Below the pieces are notes generated by a model. That model had not been told where the DNA came from and ran no database searches. It worked only from the letters and a program-made list of their open reading frames with translations. From Chromera velia (taxonomy: Eukaryota): a DNA stretch of 20,000 nucleotides. Location: positions 114,217 to 134,216 of the forward strand of contig JAHBMJ010000223.1 of NCBI GenBank assembly GCA_018398765.1, given 5' to 3'. Below are positions 1 to 16,126 of this stretch, one piece after another (position 1 is the first letter of the stretch; every line of letters starts with the position of its first letter). Position numbers and translations under genes: made by a program.

Positions 1-59
1 GGGGGGGGTGGGGGGGGCGGGTTCTCTTTCGGCCAGGGATTCAATTGAGAGTGGGGACT

Positions 60-96
<37 letters not shown>

Positions 97-1770
97 ATTT
101 ATTCTTTTCTTCCGTTCTGTCTTCGCAGTTTAGTCGCGGAAGTATTTTTCTCTCACAGGAGAGATCCGACTCCCTCTCTCTCCTCATGCTCTCATGCAGC
201 TGTGTGTTTGTGCCCTGCGCAGGGATGCGTCTGTCGCTTTTAGTGGCACTCAATTCACCTTATCAGAAATTCAATTATCTGAGACAGTTGAATCAAATTT
301 ATCAAACACCATCATACGAGTTCAATGAAAAGTAGACAGTTTAAAGACTCTGTGTGGGGAAATTTTTGGAAAGATTCTGTAGTAGAACCAATTTGAATTC
401 AATTATTTACAAAATTTAAAATAAATTTCATACTCAATTTTCTGATATTATACTGGATATTATAATAATTATATAGTATAGATAGATGTAGAAACTATGT
501 ACCACTGTACTACCACAGCTAGAGAAGCGAGCTTTCTAGTAGCTTAGGTTGCCATTCATCTTTACTTTTAGAGACTTGAGATCTGGGCTAATCCACACTT
601 AAGTAAGTAAAGTAAGTAAGCTAGATTGATAAAAAACTAATTTAATCATTTTTATAATATTAAAGTTACTAAAGTATTTCAACCACACTTGCCTGCGCGC
701 CTAGCTGCGCGCTATACTAAACTATGCATAGATCTTAATTAACGTGTTGCTGCGCGTTGCAGTCTGAATTGCAGATCAAGTACACGGTGAGATTTTTATA
801 ATTGCGATGCAAAACGGTGCTGCCATGTGCCGCCGCTCCCAAATCCCGACATAAAATCAATGAAGTGCCGTTCAAAAAATCTTAACAAAAATGATCTAAG
901 AAGTTATAGGAAAAAACCTACTTTAAAAAATGTTTTCAAGAGCAGCTTGAAGTCACCGTGACAATGAAGTGTCGAGGAATTATAAAAATCTTATAAAAAT
1001 TATATCATGATAAAGAACAATAAATCAGTCAATCAATCAATCAAAATCCAGAAAATTAGTATAATCAAATCAGTGACTCTAGTAATGACTTGATGTACAG
1101 TTGTAGAAAAAGTTCGAATACGCAGATTATTCTCCCTCTGTCTTAATTCCCATTTCTTTCCCTCTGGGTGTCTGCTAGAGACCACATGATCGCGTACATT
1201 TTTGAAGGACAAACACCGTCTTCTCAACCTGCATGGGTAGCAAAACGCACCTAAAGCTGCCTGCCGGATCGACGCACACCCCACTGTGGCTGTGTCCTGC
1301 TGACTGGCCTCTCCCCTCACCTTACCTTCGACTGCGACCCCGTCCTCACACCAAAAGGTTGTCTGTCATGCAGATGGATGCTGCATGCGCCGTCGCGGTT
1401 CCCTCAACCCTTTCATCTCATCTCTCCCTTGCAACGTAAATTAAGGAAGGCAAACGAACGCAGCTGCATGTGAATCAGAAAGGTTCGATCCTTGCGAGAG
1501 GAAGGAAGGAGGAAAGGCCCCCTTTTGTCCATGTCAACAAGGAGATTCCAAGCTTCAGCAGGAGAGAGAGAGAGAGGAAAAGAAAGGAAAGACAGACCGA
1601 CAGACAAGAGAGAGAAGTGAGAGGCATGGAGAAAGAGAAACAAGGCGAGCCCAAGTCTCAAAGAAGAGAGAGAAAAAGAAAGACGCCTCACCCACCGGCA
1701 AATTCCCATGGCCAAGGCATGAGAACCGATGGACTTCCCCCCCTCCCCTCCCAAGCAAGCTTCAAGTGAA

Positions 1771-1771
<1 letters not shown>

Positions 1772-1801
<30 letters not shown>

Positions 1802-1824
1802 GTGAGTGAGTGATTGAGTGAGTG
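1772..1824. repeat. (TG)n/(GAGT)n microsatellite
   Basis: Direct reading of the sequence. Confidence 0.9.
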
Positions 1825-2453
1825 AAGGAATGAAAGAATCTATTGAGACCTTCATTTGTGTATGCAGGTGCGCGTGAGGTGACGGAAGACGGGGGGGGGG
1901 GGACGGAATTGGTTGAGGGGCCACTGGAGCACGTTGGAGAATGAGTGAGTGAGTGAGGGAACGGATCGATCGAAGGAATGAATGAATGTGGGGGCCCGCC
2001 CGTGTGTTCCTTCGACAGGCTGCATGCCAAAAGAGTTCTTCTTCTATTCGTCTTTCCAGTCTTTTTTCTTGCAGGGTCAAATTTGACAATTTACAATTGA
2101 TCTGGCTCACTCGATTTTCCCCCCCTTTTTTTCTTTCTCCTGATGAAGCAAGAGCCTTCATTCCCTCCACCCCCATTTTCGACTCAATGCCCCAACCCTG
2201 ACTGAGCCCATCCAGCCAGGCTCATCCAAACAGCCAGACAGACAGACAGCGTCTTCTCTTCAGGAACCAAAATGGTGAAACTTTCTCTGTTCGTGTTGAT
2301 AGGCTCTTCTTTTTGCGACCTGCCTGCCCGACACATGCAGGGAAGGATTTCATTTCAGCCAGTCGGTCAGTCGGTCATGGCAGCAGACGACAGACAGAGA
2401 GAGAGAGAGAAGGAAAAGAAAGAGGCCAGCTCCTCCATCCATCCATCCATCGA

Positions 2454-7895
<5,442 letters not shown>

Positions 7896-9912
7896 ATGCA
7901 GGGGTTCAAATTGATCGGCAAAGCACTCGGGTGCACACCGATAGAGGCGGACGGATGGCCGATGAGTTTCCGTCTGATTGGCGCAGGGATTGCGTGCATG
8001 GGTATCATCTCTGCCACCTTGTTAGCCAGGTCAGACAGAGGTCAAGAGTAAGCTTTTGTAGCACGCATCAGTGGGAGTTTGAGCATCACTCGCATGCATG
8101 CATCTTTCCATTCCATGCATGCGTGCATGCATGCATGTGTGCAGGACTGACCTATTGAGCCAAACGCAGCACGGATGTTTTGGGGGAACTCCCTTTTGTC
8201 ACACTGCAAGAGCACTGCAAGAATACACCCTGCTTTTCGGAACCGTCCCGGTGAGCTTGGCCTTTCTCTGTGGTTTCGTGACTGCCTTCTCCCTGCTGGC
8301 CTTCCCACTGACGATTCTGCACTCCCTCAAGAGAGCACTACAAGAACACCACGCACAAGACAAGAGATTCTTTATGCACGCAGGGGAGTGCGGAGAGGAG
8401 GTGCATGGGGGGGGACTGGGACAGAGCCAGTCAGATTTCAAGACAGGCAACATGGCGGGAATGCTAGGGTGTCCAGCCGACGACATGATCGGAAAGTCGG
8501 GGAGCAGATCTCCGTTGAGGTCGCGAAGGGCCATCCGGTTGATCTACGAGAGGAAATTAATGGACTACACAGAGATTGACTGTGTCACTAGGCACATTCT
8601 GCTCTTTGTGTCCACCTGCCTCGCGGTAATGAGCGTTTACCTTTACCTAGTCACGCTGCTTGTACTCGGTACCGCACCGAAGGTTTTGGCCTTCTGCATC
8701 TTCAGTGGGGTTGCTCTGTTCACCCTCTGTCTCTCAGGAGATGCGGTGCCGAACAGGGCCACAGCTCTGCGGGTGTTGGTCTTTGCAGGTGTCTTTTGGT
8801 GTGCGTTTCTGTTCTGCTCGCTTCTGCACGCAGACACATACGCGTCGTTGGAAGGTGTAGACGGAGGGGCCGACAGGGGAGGGGAGATAGAGGCCCTTCT
8901 TCCTGCCCTCGGCCCTCGTCCCACACCCTCTGTGATTGTCCCCATGCAGCAGATACCCCACCAACAGAAGCACAGAACCGCCCACAGCAGCAGTACCAAC
9001 AGTAATCTAAGGCAGTTTGTCCAACGGCCTACAAGATTGCCAGATATACGAAGGCACGACAACCCCGACACACCGTCCCCTCACCAACAGCATCCAGAAC
9101 CCAGGGCCCCAACTGTCCCCCTAATTGCAAGTGTCTCACACCCATCCACCCCCACTACGCACCCTTCAGTCCTTCCTTCTCCATCCGTACAGCTCAACGA
9201 GAGAAACTCAACCATGGTCACCCCTGACAGAGCCCCGATGCCAAAAGAGCCGCCCCCGTCAAAAACACACACAAATGTGCCCCCTCAAGCAGAGACCCAC
9301 CGCCGGTCTCCCTTCTCAGCGCTCATCACGCGAAAAGACAAAGACTCAGGGCCATCACCCCTGTCTGCAGCCCAACAGAAAAAGAGCACCCCTGTCAAAA
9401 ACAGCACTCTCTCGGAAGAGCACAAAGCAGCAAAAGAAACCAACACAGAAAAGGGAAACAACGTGCAGAAAATCTCCCCAAAGCAAGTCAATGAAGTGGA
9501 TCCCCCTCCCCCCACTGGACAGACACAAAAGATAGACGCAGGGGGGGGGCAATTCAAAGCTCCCGTACCTTCCGTCCATTTGTCAAGATCTCCGGCCGAC
9601 CCCCACCACCCGGGAGAGATGCGTCTCCAGTCTGTGACAACGACAGAAAAGGCAGACAAGGACAATCTGCTTTCTTTTGCCACTCCAAACCCCCACGATC
9701 ACCTCTTCCCTTCCGCCCCCCCTCCCCCTCTCCTGAGCTCGTTGAACCAGCATCAGCCTGAATCAGAGAAAGGGTCTCCACAGCCCTCCTCCTCTCTGCC
9801 CTCTCCAAGTCCCTCACCCTCTCCCTCCCCCCCCTCGTCTACGACTCCCGGGGGTTCCCTGGAGAAGGAAAACCACAGAAAAGAAAGAGGGAAAGGAAGG
9901 GAACAATCTTGA
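7896..9912 (+). CDS. Hypothetical multi-pass membrane protein (about 5 hydrophobic segments) with long Pro/Ser/Thr-rich disordered C-terminal tail; 2 exons
   Basis: The 604-codon open frame 8098-9912 contains no microsatellite. The likely first exon is 7896-8029 (MQGFKLIGKALG...FRLIGAGIACMGIISATLLAR; alternative ATGs at 7881 and 7962). It joins in the correct phase via intron 8030-8144 (GTCAGA...GTGCAG) to 8145-9912. Hydrophobic stretches: LLFGTVPVSLAFLCGFVTAFSLLAFPLTIL, ILLFVSTCLAVMSVYLYLVTLLVLG, VLAFCIFSGVALFTLCL, VLVFAGVFWCAFLFCSLL. No family recognised. Confidence 0.75.
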
Positions 9913-11548
9913 CCGATGGATGGATGCCTGCGCGTTTAATTGTTACATTTGTGCTCTTGTAGAAAGAAGGAAGGAAGGAACGAAGGAAGGAGGAAAGAAA
10001 GGAACAAAGAAGAAGTATACCAAAGAAAGAAAGACAAAAGAAAAGGAAGCACGGAACTGAGTGAGCAAAGTATGGACAAAATCAACGGAAAGGGGGCAGG
10101 AAAAATAATTTTATCATCGGACAGAAACAAAAATTGAAAAAAAAGAACGAAAACGCGTTGACAAAAGAATTCGCGATGCAGACACAAACAAGAGGCAGCA
10201 AGAAAATCGAAAAAGAATAACGCGTGGAATCAAAAAAAGAATCCCTTTCCATGAGCTCGATCAGAAAAGAACAGAAAAGAAACGAGAGGGGGATTCCATA
10301 ATGGAAGCAGACACATGAAAAAAAAAAACGAAACACAAAAAAGAAAGGTAAGGAAGTAGATGATCTCCAGATCAAGGCCGGATGGATGTCTCGATCAAGT
10401 GAAACGCGAAAAAGAACAGAAAAAAAAAAAAAGAAAAAAACGGTCAGAAGGAGATCGCGAATTGAATTCAATTGAAACGCACAAAAAGTTGTCCAAATAC
10501 ACAGACGAGCGAACAAGAAAGTGCGTGCCCAATTTAAGCAACGCCATTCATTTTGCCCCTAGCTTGCTTCTGCATGGAAGCACTGAGTTAATAGATGCAA
10601 AACAGAAAAGAGAAACAAATAAAGAAGCCAGGGGGGGGCCATTGCAGTCGATTGAGTTGGAGACTTTGCAGTGCAGTCATCGATCAATTAGAGGAAGGAA
10701 GACTCTCCCTCTCTCTCTCGCCTTTAAATTTTAGCCCTATTTATCGATTGTTGGATTGGCAGTAGAATAGAAGGAAGAAGGAAGGCATCAGGCAGGGAGG
10801 TCCGAATTTCACGAGTCTATCAGAACAACTAATTTAAAGAAAATAAAGAATTCGGGGCTGCCTGCCCACCGACTGATCGACTCTCTTCACCCAAATTCCA
10901 ATTGAAAGAGCGGGTAAGGAGATCATCTCGATTCTTTTGATGGATGGGTGCAGGGGACAAACAGACAGACAGACAGAGCTACAGAGAGAGGCTCGGTCCA
11001 TAGAGAGAGGCTTCAGGAAGAAAGAGAAAGAAGTCGGTCATTGTCTTCGCAAATGAAAGAGAGACAAAGGCATGCATCACCATGCAGAGCACCTAGTTGC
11101 CGGACTGCAATTTGCAGCTGGCACAGACAGACAGAGAATGCCGCGACGAAGCAAGCAAGCAAGCAACCATCAATCCTGATCTGATTCTGATTTGATCAAT
11201 CGTTCTGGTTTGGCTTCGATCGATTGAATGCGACAGTCGGGACTTAATCGGGACTTTATTCATTCGGTTCATTTTACGAAAAATCATTTTGAACCATTCT
11301 CCCTTTCTTTTGTTTTTCTCTCTGTGTTATGCCACCTTTTCTTTTCTCTTTCCATGCAGATGTTTCAATTTTGTTCCGTCCGTCCTTTTTTTTTCTTTTT
11401 TGACATTACATGGCATCATTGCTGTTCGCTTCCATACACACGAAGGTGGGGCGCTCGTGCATGCAATTAATTCTACACGTGAGACGTGACTCATGCAGAG
11501 TCAGCCACTCACTGTGACTGCCCCTTTTCTTCTCTCTAGCCCTGAATG

Positions 11549-11554
<6 letters not shown>

Positions 11555-11589
<35 letters not shown>

Positions 11590-11593
11590 CTCG

Positions 11594-11633
<40 letters not shown>

Positions 11634-11637
11634 GTGC

Positions 11638-11680
<43 letters not shown>
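11555..11680. repeat. Compound (CT)n-(CG)n-(TG)n microsatellite
   Basis: A CT run, then an alternating purine-pyrimidine GCGCGC/GTGTGT tract at 11633-11680. Confidence 0.95.
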
Positions 11681-11682
<2 letters not shown>

Positions 11683-12441
11683 CTTAGGTGTGTGCTTGTA
11701 TGTGTGTGCATGTATTTTGAACTAGATTTTGAACCACTTTTGTCGTCCTTATTTTTTTCAAACAGTTCAAAACATCTTTTTTTCTTAATTATGTATGTCT
11801 CAGAAGTGGAGTGCTTTATCGAATATTCTTGTTTTAATTGTAACTTAAATTGTTCCTTTTTATTTCCATGTGCCTTCACAATAATTATAATTGATATGAG
11901 CAAGATTAAATTTACAGTACTTCAATTAATTCATAACTTGAATCACAAGTTTGAAAAGTTTTTTATCATGAAACTATTCTTACTTTGAACTAGACTTTGA
12001 ATTTAAATTTCTGGGCAAATTTCAATTTAAGCTAGAATTCTAGCTTAAATTAAAATATATTTTTCTTTAATTTTTTAAAAGTAATGATGATGCTTAGTAA
12101 TCAATTCATTTGCATTAGTTTGCATGTTTCTAAACACTAGCACTATTTAATTCAAACTTGCAAACACTCGTCTAGGCACTCATATTAATAATGTATTATG
12201 CAGCAGTGCTGCCAGCCTGAGTGCAGCAGCACTCAGCTTTTTTGAAGAAGAGAAAAAAAATGTTGGACAATTAATGTCAAAATATGTGAACGACAACCAC
12301 TGCAGTGACCTGCGTTGTTTGATTTACGCAGCCTGTTTGTGAAACATCCATCGATCAAATAATCATTCGAGTTCCGATGTTATCAAGTTTTGTTGTCCTT
12401 TTCCCCTTCGCATTTGATTGACTGATCACCTAGAGACGATT

Positions 12442-12444
<3 letters not shown>

Positions 12445-12482
<38 letters not shown>

Positions 12483-12500
12483 TACAAACACACACACACC

Positions 12501-12562
<62 letters not shown>
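12445..12562. repeat. (CA)n microsatellite
   Basis: Direct reading of the sequence. Confidence 0.95.
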
Positions 12563-12564
<2 letters not shown>

Positions 12565-13093
12565 TTATGTCAAACTTGATGATTCTTTTGAAAGAAACGA
12601 ACGAAACATTCGAGGCATATGTCAAGCAAGGAGAAGTATGAGGAATTCAACCAGATGGGAGAAAAAAACAGCTTTCTCTTGACCTGCCACAAAACATTTC
12701 GCAAGATTAGTGTACACAGCTGGAACGAAAATCAGTCATTCAAAGAAAATGGCCACGAGCTGTGCTTCTTGTTCATTGCTTTACAAGTGTGGCCGCTCTT
12801 TTCGATGTGCTGATTGATTGACTCAATCTCCGATCAGAGCGGCTCGATCGATCATGGTTTCTTCCAAAGGGAGGGAGGCAAAGCGAGGGAGGGAGGGAGG
12901 GAGGGAGGGACGTCAGAGACAAACAAAAACTGAATTTGTGCGAGAGCTAGGGAAGAAAAGACCTTCTTCGCGTCAACGACAGGCAGGATCTATTTGCGTG
13001 GTCTGGGAACAACCCCCAGCGTGCATGCATTCAGATGCCGCACATAAAAGACCATCACTTATCAGTCATGCATGCATGCACGTATGGAGACAG

Positions 13094-13370
13094 CTAAACG
13101 AGTTCATGCACGTACATGTCAATCAGTTTCGCGTAGTCGACCAGCCCGGTTCGCCGAGGGTCCGCCTCTTGAATCAAGGAATCCACCTCCTGGGCATTCA
13201 ACTTAATCGCAAGGCCTGCATTCAGGGAATAGGGCAGGCAGGCAGACAGGGAGGCAGATGCATCCAGCCGCTTTGTTTAGTTTCAAAGGATGGACATGAT
13301 CATAGTCAAGTGTGCCTGAATCACCGATCGACTTAACGACTTTCTTTCTGTCCGTCTTTCTTTCCCCCTC

Positions 13371-13413
<43 letters not shown>

Positions 13414-15290
13414 GTCTGTCTGTCTTTCTTTCTTTCTTTCTTTCTTTCTTTCCTTCCTTCCTTCCTTCCTTCCTTCTTTCTTTCTTTCCTTTCTTTCTTT
13501 CGTTCGTTCGTTCGTTCGTTCGTTCTTCCTTCCTTCCTTCCTTCCTTCTTTTTTTCTTTTTTCCTTTCTTTCCTTCTTCCCTTCAGTCCTTCCCTCCTTC
13601 CGCCCTCCCGTCCGTCCGTCCTCCTTTCTGTCGTGCCTTTTTGTTTTCTCTCTTCTCTTCGTTCTATTATGCCTGCCTACCTGCCTGACTGCCGCACTCC
13701 ATGCCCACCGCGTCATTTGCTACATGCATTGATTTTCTGTATGCGCCTAACAAGAATTCTGTATGCAAATCAATGCATACGCCTACCTGCCTGACTGCCG
13801 CACTCCATGCCTACCGCGTCAAGGCACACACTCAGAGAAACAAATGGGCCCAATGCGAGGGTCCGTTTGGATGCCTATACTTTTTTGGAAAGCCGTACTC
13901 ACGCAGACCAACCAAAGAGAGAGAGAGAGAGTATGCCCAAGCAGGCAGGCACATAGGTAGAAAGAAGAACCGACCTAGGTTGGTGAGTATGTGTCGGAGC
14001 TGACGGACCCTGTATGCATCCCTGAAAAAAAATTCTGTATGAAAGTAAATGCCGAAACCGACCTAGGTTGGTGAGTATGTGTCGGAGCTGACGGACCCTG
14101 TATGCATCCCTGAAAAAAATTCTGTATGAAAGTAAATGCCGAAACCGACCTAGGTTGGTGAGTATGTGTCGGAGCTCCGTCGCCTTGACGGACCCCGTAT
14201 TGTGCGGGTCCAGGCCTCTGAAGGCTCGGAAGAGGTCTCGCTTAATCTTCGAGTCCGTGAATGCAGTGGCGGAAATCTGCAGGAGGTCCTCGAACGTAAA
14301 CGCCCCATGCTCCTCGTACTCTGCAAGCATTCAAGCATCCAAGCACGGACGTTTCGCTGACTTAGGAAATGTAGGCATCGATAACGACACTATGCATGCG
14401 TCTATGAACATGGAACTGTCGATTTGAAGTCCTGTGATTCATCGCTCTGAATTAAGGCATGTTCTTTGTTTGGGTGATCGTCCTTTCCGTTTTCCTTACA
14501 ATTTGAGTCCGTTTGCAGTGCTCAAAGCACGTGCAATGTCCCTAAGGACACAGAAGGACGGGAAGGAAAGGGGGCCTGCCCACCTTGTTTGAGTGCCTCC
14601 ACGTCCTTCCTGCCTGTAGTGATGCCGATGGACTTGAGCAGGTAGACGGTCTGGTTCGCGTCCAGGGCCCCAAGCCGCTTCTTGTCCACAGTATTGAACG
14701 CGAAACGGAGCTCTTCCCGCTGCACTCGTGCAGTGACCCACAGGGGTGCAAGACAGAAATCGAAGAAAAAGTAGAAAAAAGGGCTGTAGGTGCAGCAAAA
14801 GGCACGGCAGATGGAGAGGTCCTCATGCAGGTGGAGGGTTGCTGATGGAGAAGCCTCATTCGTATTTACATTCTTCCTCACAATCAAACTGGCACCAGGT
14901 AGAAAGCATCACATCAGATTTAGTACATACAGAATGACCATTCAGACCACGTAACTCTGCGTGCGTCTGAATGCATGCATGTCGCTGGTGTGCTGCATGG
15001 GGGGATTCTTATCTCCGGTCATTCATTCTGTGCTGGGGGATTCATATCTCTCATTCTGTGCTGGGGGATTCATATCTCCGGTCATTCATTCTGTGCTGGG
15101 GGATTCATATCTCCGGTCATTCATTCTGTGCTTGCCTCGCAGTAGATGAGCAGCTCCATGGACCAAAGCTGTGAAGGTGTAGTGTACACAAAATTTTTGA
15201 ATAGAGCGACTTGGGATTGACAATTGGACAACACATACAACACATACATGTTTTTCTGACCCTCTTCCGCGGAATGTCCACAAAGTTCAT
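13094..15290 (-). CDS. Calmodulin-like / myosin light chain-like EF-hand protein, 4 exons, ~152 aa
   Basis: Exons (minus strand): 15290-15261, 14719-14584, 14320-14150, 13215-13094. GT-AG introns with compatible phases, 459 nt. Protein: MNFVDIPRKRREELRFAFNTVDKKRLGALDANQTVYLLKSIGITTGRKDVEALKQEYEEHGAFTFEDLLQISATAFTDSKIKRDLFRAFRGLDPHNTGSVKATELRHILTNLGLAIKLNAQEVDSLIQEADPRRTGLVDYAKLIDMYVHELV*. ELRHILTNLG...EVDSLIQEAD parallels calmodulin ELRHVMTNLG...EVDEMIREAD. The extreme C-terminus could instead splice at AT|GTACGT near 13115. Confidence 0.9.
13366..13620. repeat. Compound pyrimidine-rich tetranucleotide microsatellite (TTTC/TTCC/TTCG/TGTC) in EF-hand gene intron 3
   Basis: Direct reading of the sequence. 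Confidence 0.9.
13675..13821. repeat. 41-bp direct repeat flanking a 65-bp insert (EF-hand gene intron 3)
   Basis: GCCTACCTGCCTGACTGCCGCACTCCATGCC(C/T)ACCGCGTCA occurs at 13675-13715 and 13781-13821, with one mismatch. Confidence 0.95.
13968..14176. repeat. 87/88-bp tandem repeat (about 2.4 copies) triplicating the exon 3 end and splice donor of the EF-hand gene
   Basis: AACCGACCTAGGTTGGTGAGTATGTGTCGGAGCT occurs three times (13968, 14056, 14143). The spacers are identical apart from one A in an A-run. Confidence 0.97.
14989..15132. repeat. Minisatellite, ~35-bp unit, about 4 copies (EF-hand gene intron 1)
   Basis: Unit TGTGCTGGGGGATTCATATCTCCGGTCATTCATTC. One copy has an internal deletion and the first copy is diverged. 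Confidence 0.93.
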
Positions 15291-15832
15291 TGAGCTGTTG
15301 CTGTGCGTTGGGCTCTCTGTCCAGTCAAGAAGGAAGCCCAGCACAAAGCCGTCACGTGTGGAAGCGTACCGAGGGAACGACGAAGAATGAATGAAAAGAA
15401 AAAAACAAAAAGAAAGTCTAACGCGCAGATTTGTATTACTTTCCCGTCAAACAACAGTTCAAGTGTTGTTTGTTCACCCGTGAGGAAGGGACACGCACGT
15501 CTACCCACTGCGGGTCGATCTGATTCTGGGGAAAACCTGAAACGGTCAATCAATTAATCAAGTTGATGTTGACTCTTGACTTGATCATGAGCCGCGATTC
15601 TGACGATTGAAATGCACGTTCCAGCGTGCTCGGCCCGTGCAAGCTATATATATATCGTGAAGCTATGCCGTGGCCCCCGAGCCACGGTATCTGTAGCCCA
15701 AACCGAAAGGAAAAAAGTAAAGGTGAGCCCCGCCCCCTACACCGAATTTCGCACGCGCGCCACTTACGTACTTCCTCACATTTCGGGTCGCAAACGCCTT
15801 ACGGGACCGCGCAGTAAAAATTTTGCGCATGC

Positions 15833-16126
15833 ATGATTGAAATGATTGAATTCGACCGCCTCTGAGGTCTGAATTCAGATGCGCTATCAGATGCGCTGTT
15901 CGACAGCTTTGTCAGACTTTGTAATGTGGGTGAGCAGATGAGGGAAATCTTCAACTTAATGACGGACGTGGGCGTGACAGTGAGTGAGAGCTGGGTGAAA
16001 ACACTACTCTTCAAACGCCGTCTCCGCGCGTCTCAATCTGTCTGTTGTGAGTTTCATATTGTTTCCGGACTAAGCAGATCTGCCCTTTGGTCAGGTCTCC
16101 ACCTGTCCTGCTCCAAGGAAAGGTGA
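15833..16126 (+). pseudogene. Possible decayed transposase N-terminal HTH fragment
   Basis: Frame MIEMIEFDRL*GLNSDALSDALFDSFVRLCNVGEQMREIFNLMTDVGVTVSESWVKTLLFKRRLRA has one in-frame TGA (15863-15865). The pattern G..M.EI...M...GVTVSESWVKTLL...L resembles transposase HTH recognition helices. This is pattern recognition only. Confidence 0.3.

Noticed and set aside
1316..1400. Strong minus-strand donor-like site (GAAG|GTAAGG) suggesting another exon
   Set aside because: No partner exon or convincing reading frame could be assembled; it may be UTR or chance.
1413..2176. 205-aa and 162-aa minus-strand ORFs downstream of SOD
   Set aside because: They are built largely from microsatellite and low-complexity sequence, with no domain signal.
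12619..12813. 64-aa plus-strand ORF with coding-like composition
   Set aside because: It is short, has no recognisable motif and has no supporting splice structure.
13968..14176. Repeat-spacer-repeat pattern resembling a CRISPR array
   Set aside because: The spacers are identical, the repeat is a host exon end, the context is eukaryotic, and there are no cas genes.
13899..14330. 143-aa ORF taken as the complete EF-hand gene with internal peptide repeats
   Set aside because: Only 14320-14150 fits as exon; the rest is read-through into the duplicated intron segment.
15863..15865. In-frame TGA as selenocysteine or recoded stop
   Set aside because: There is no redox-motif context or identifiable SECIS, and the intact SOD and membrane genes use TGA as stop. 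A CGA-to-TGA decay is simpler.
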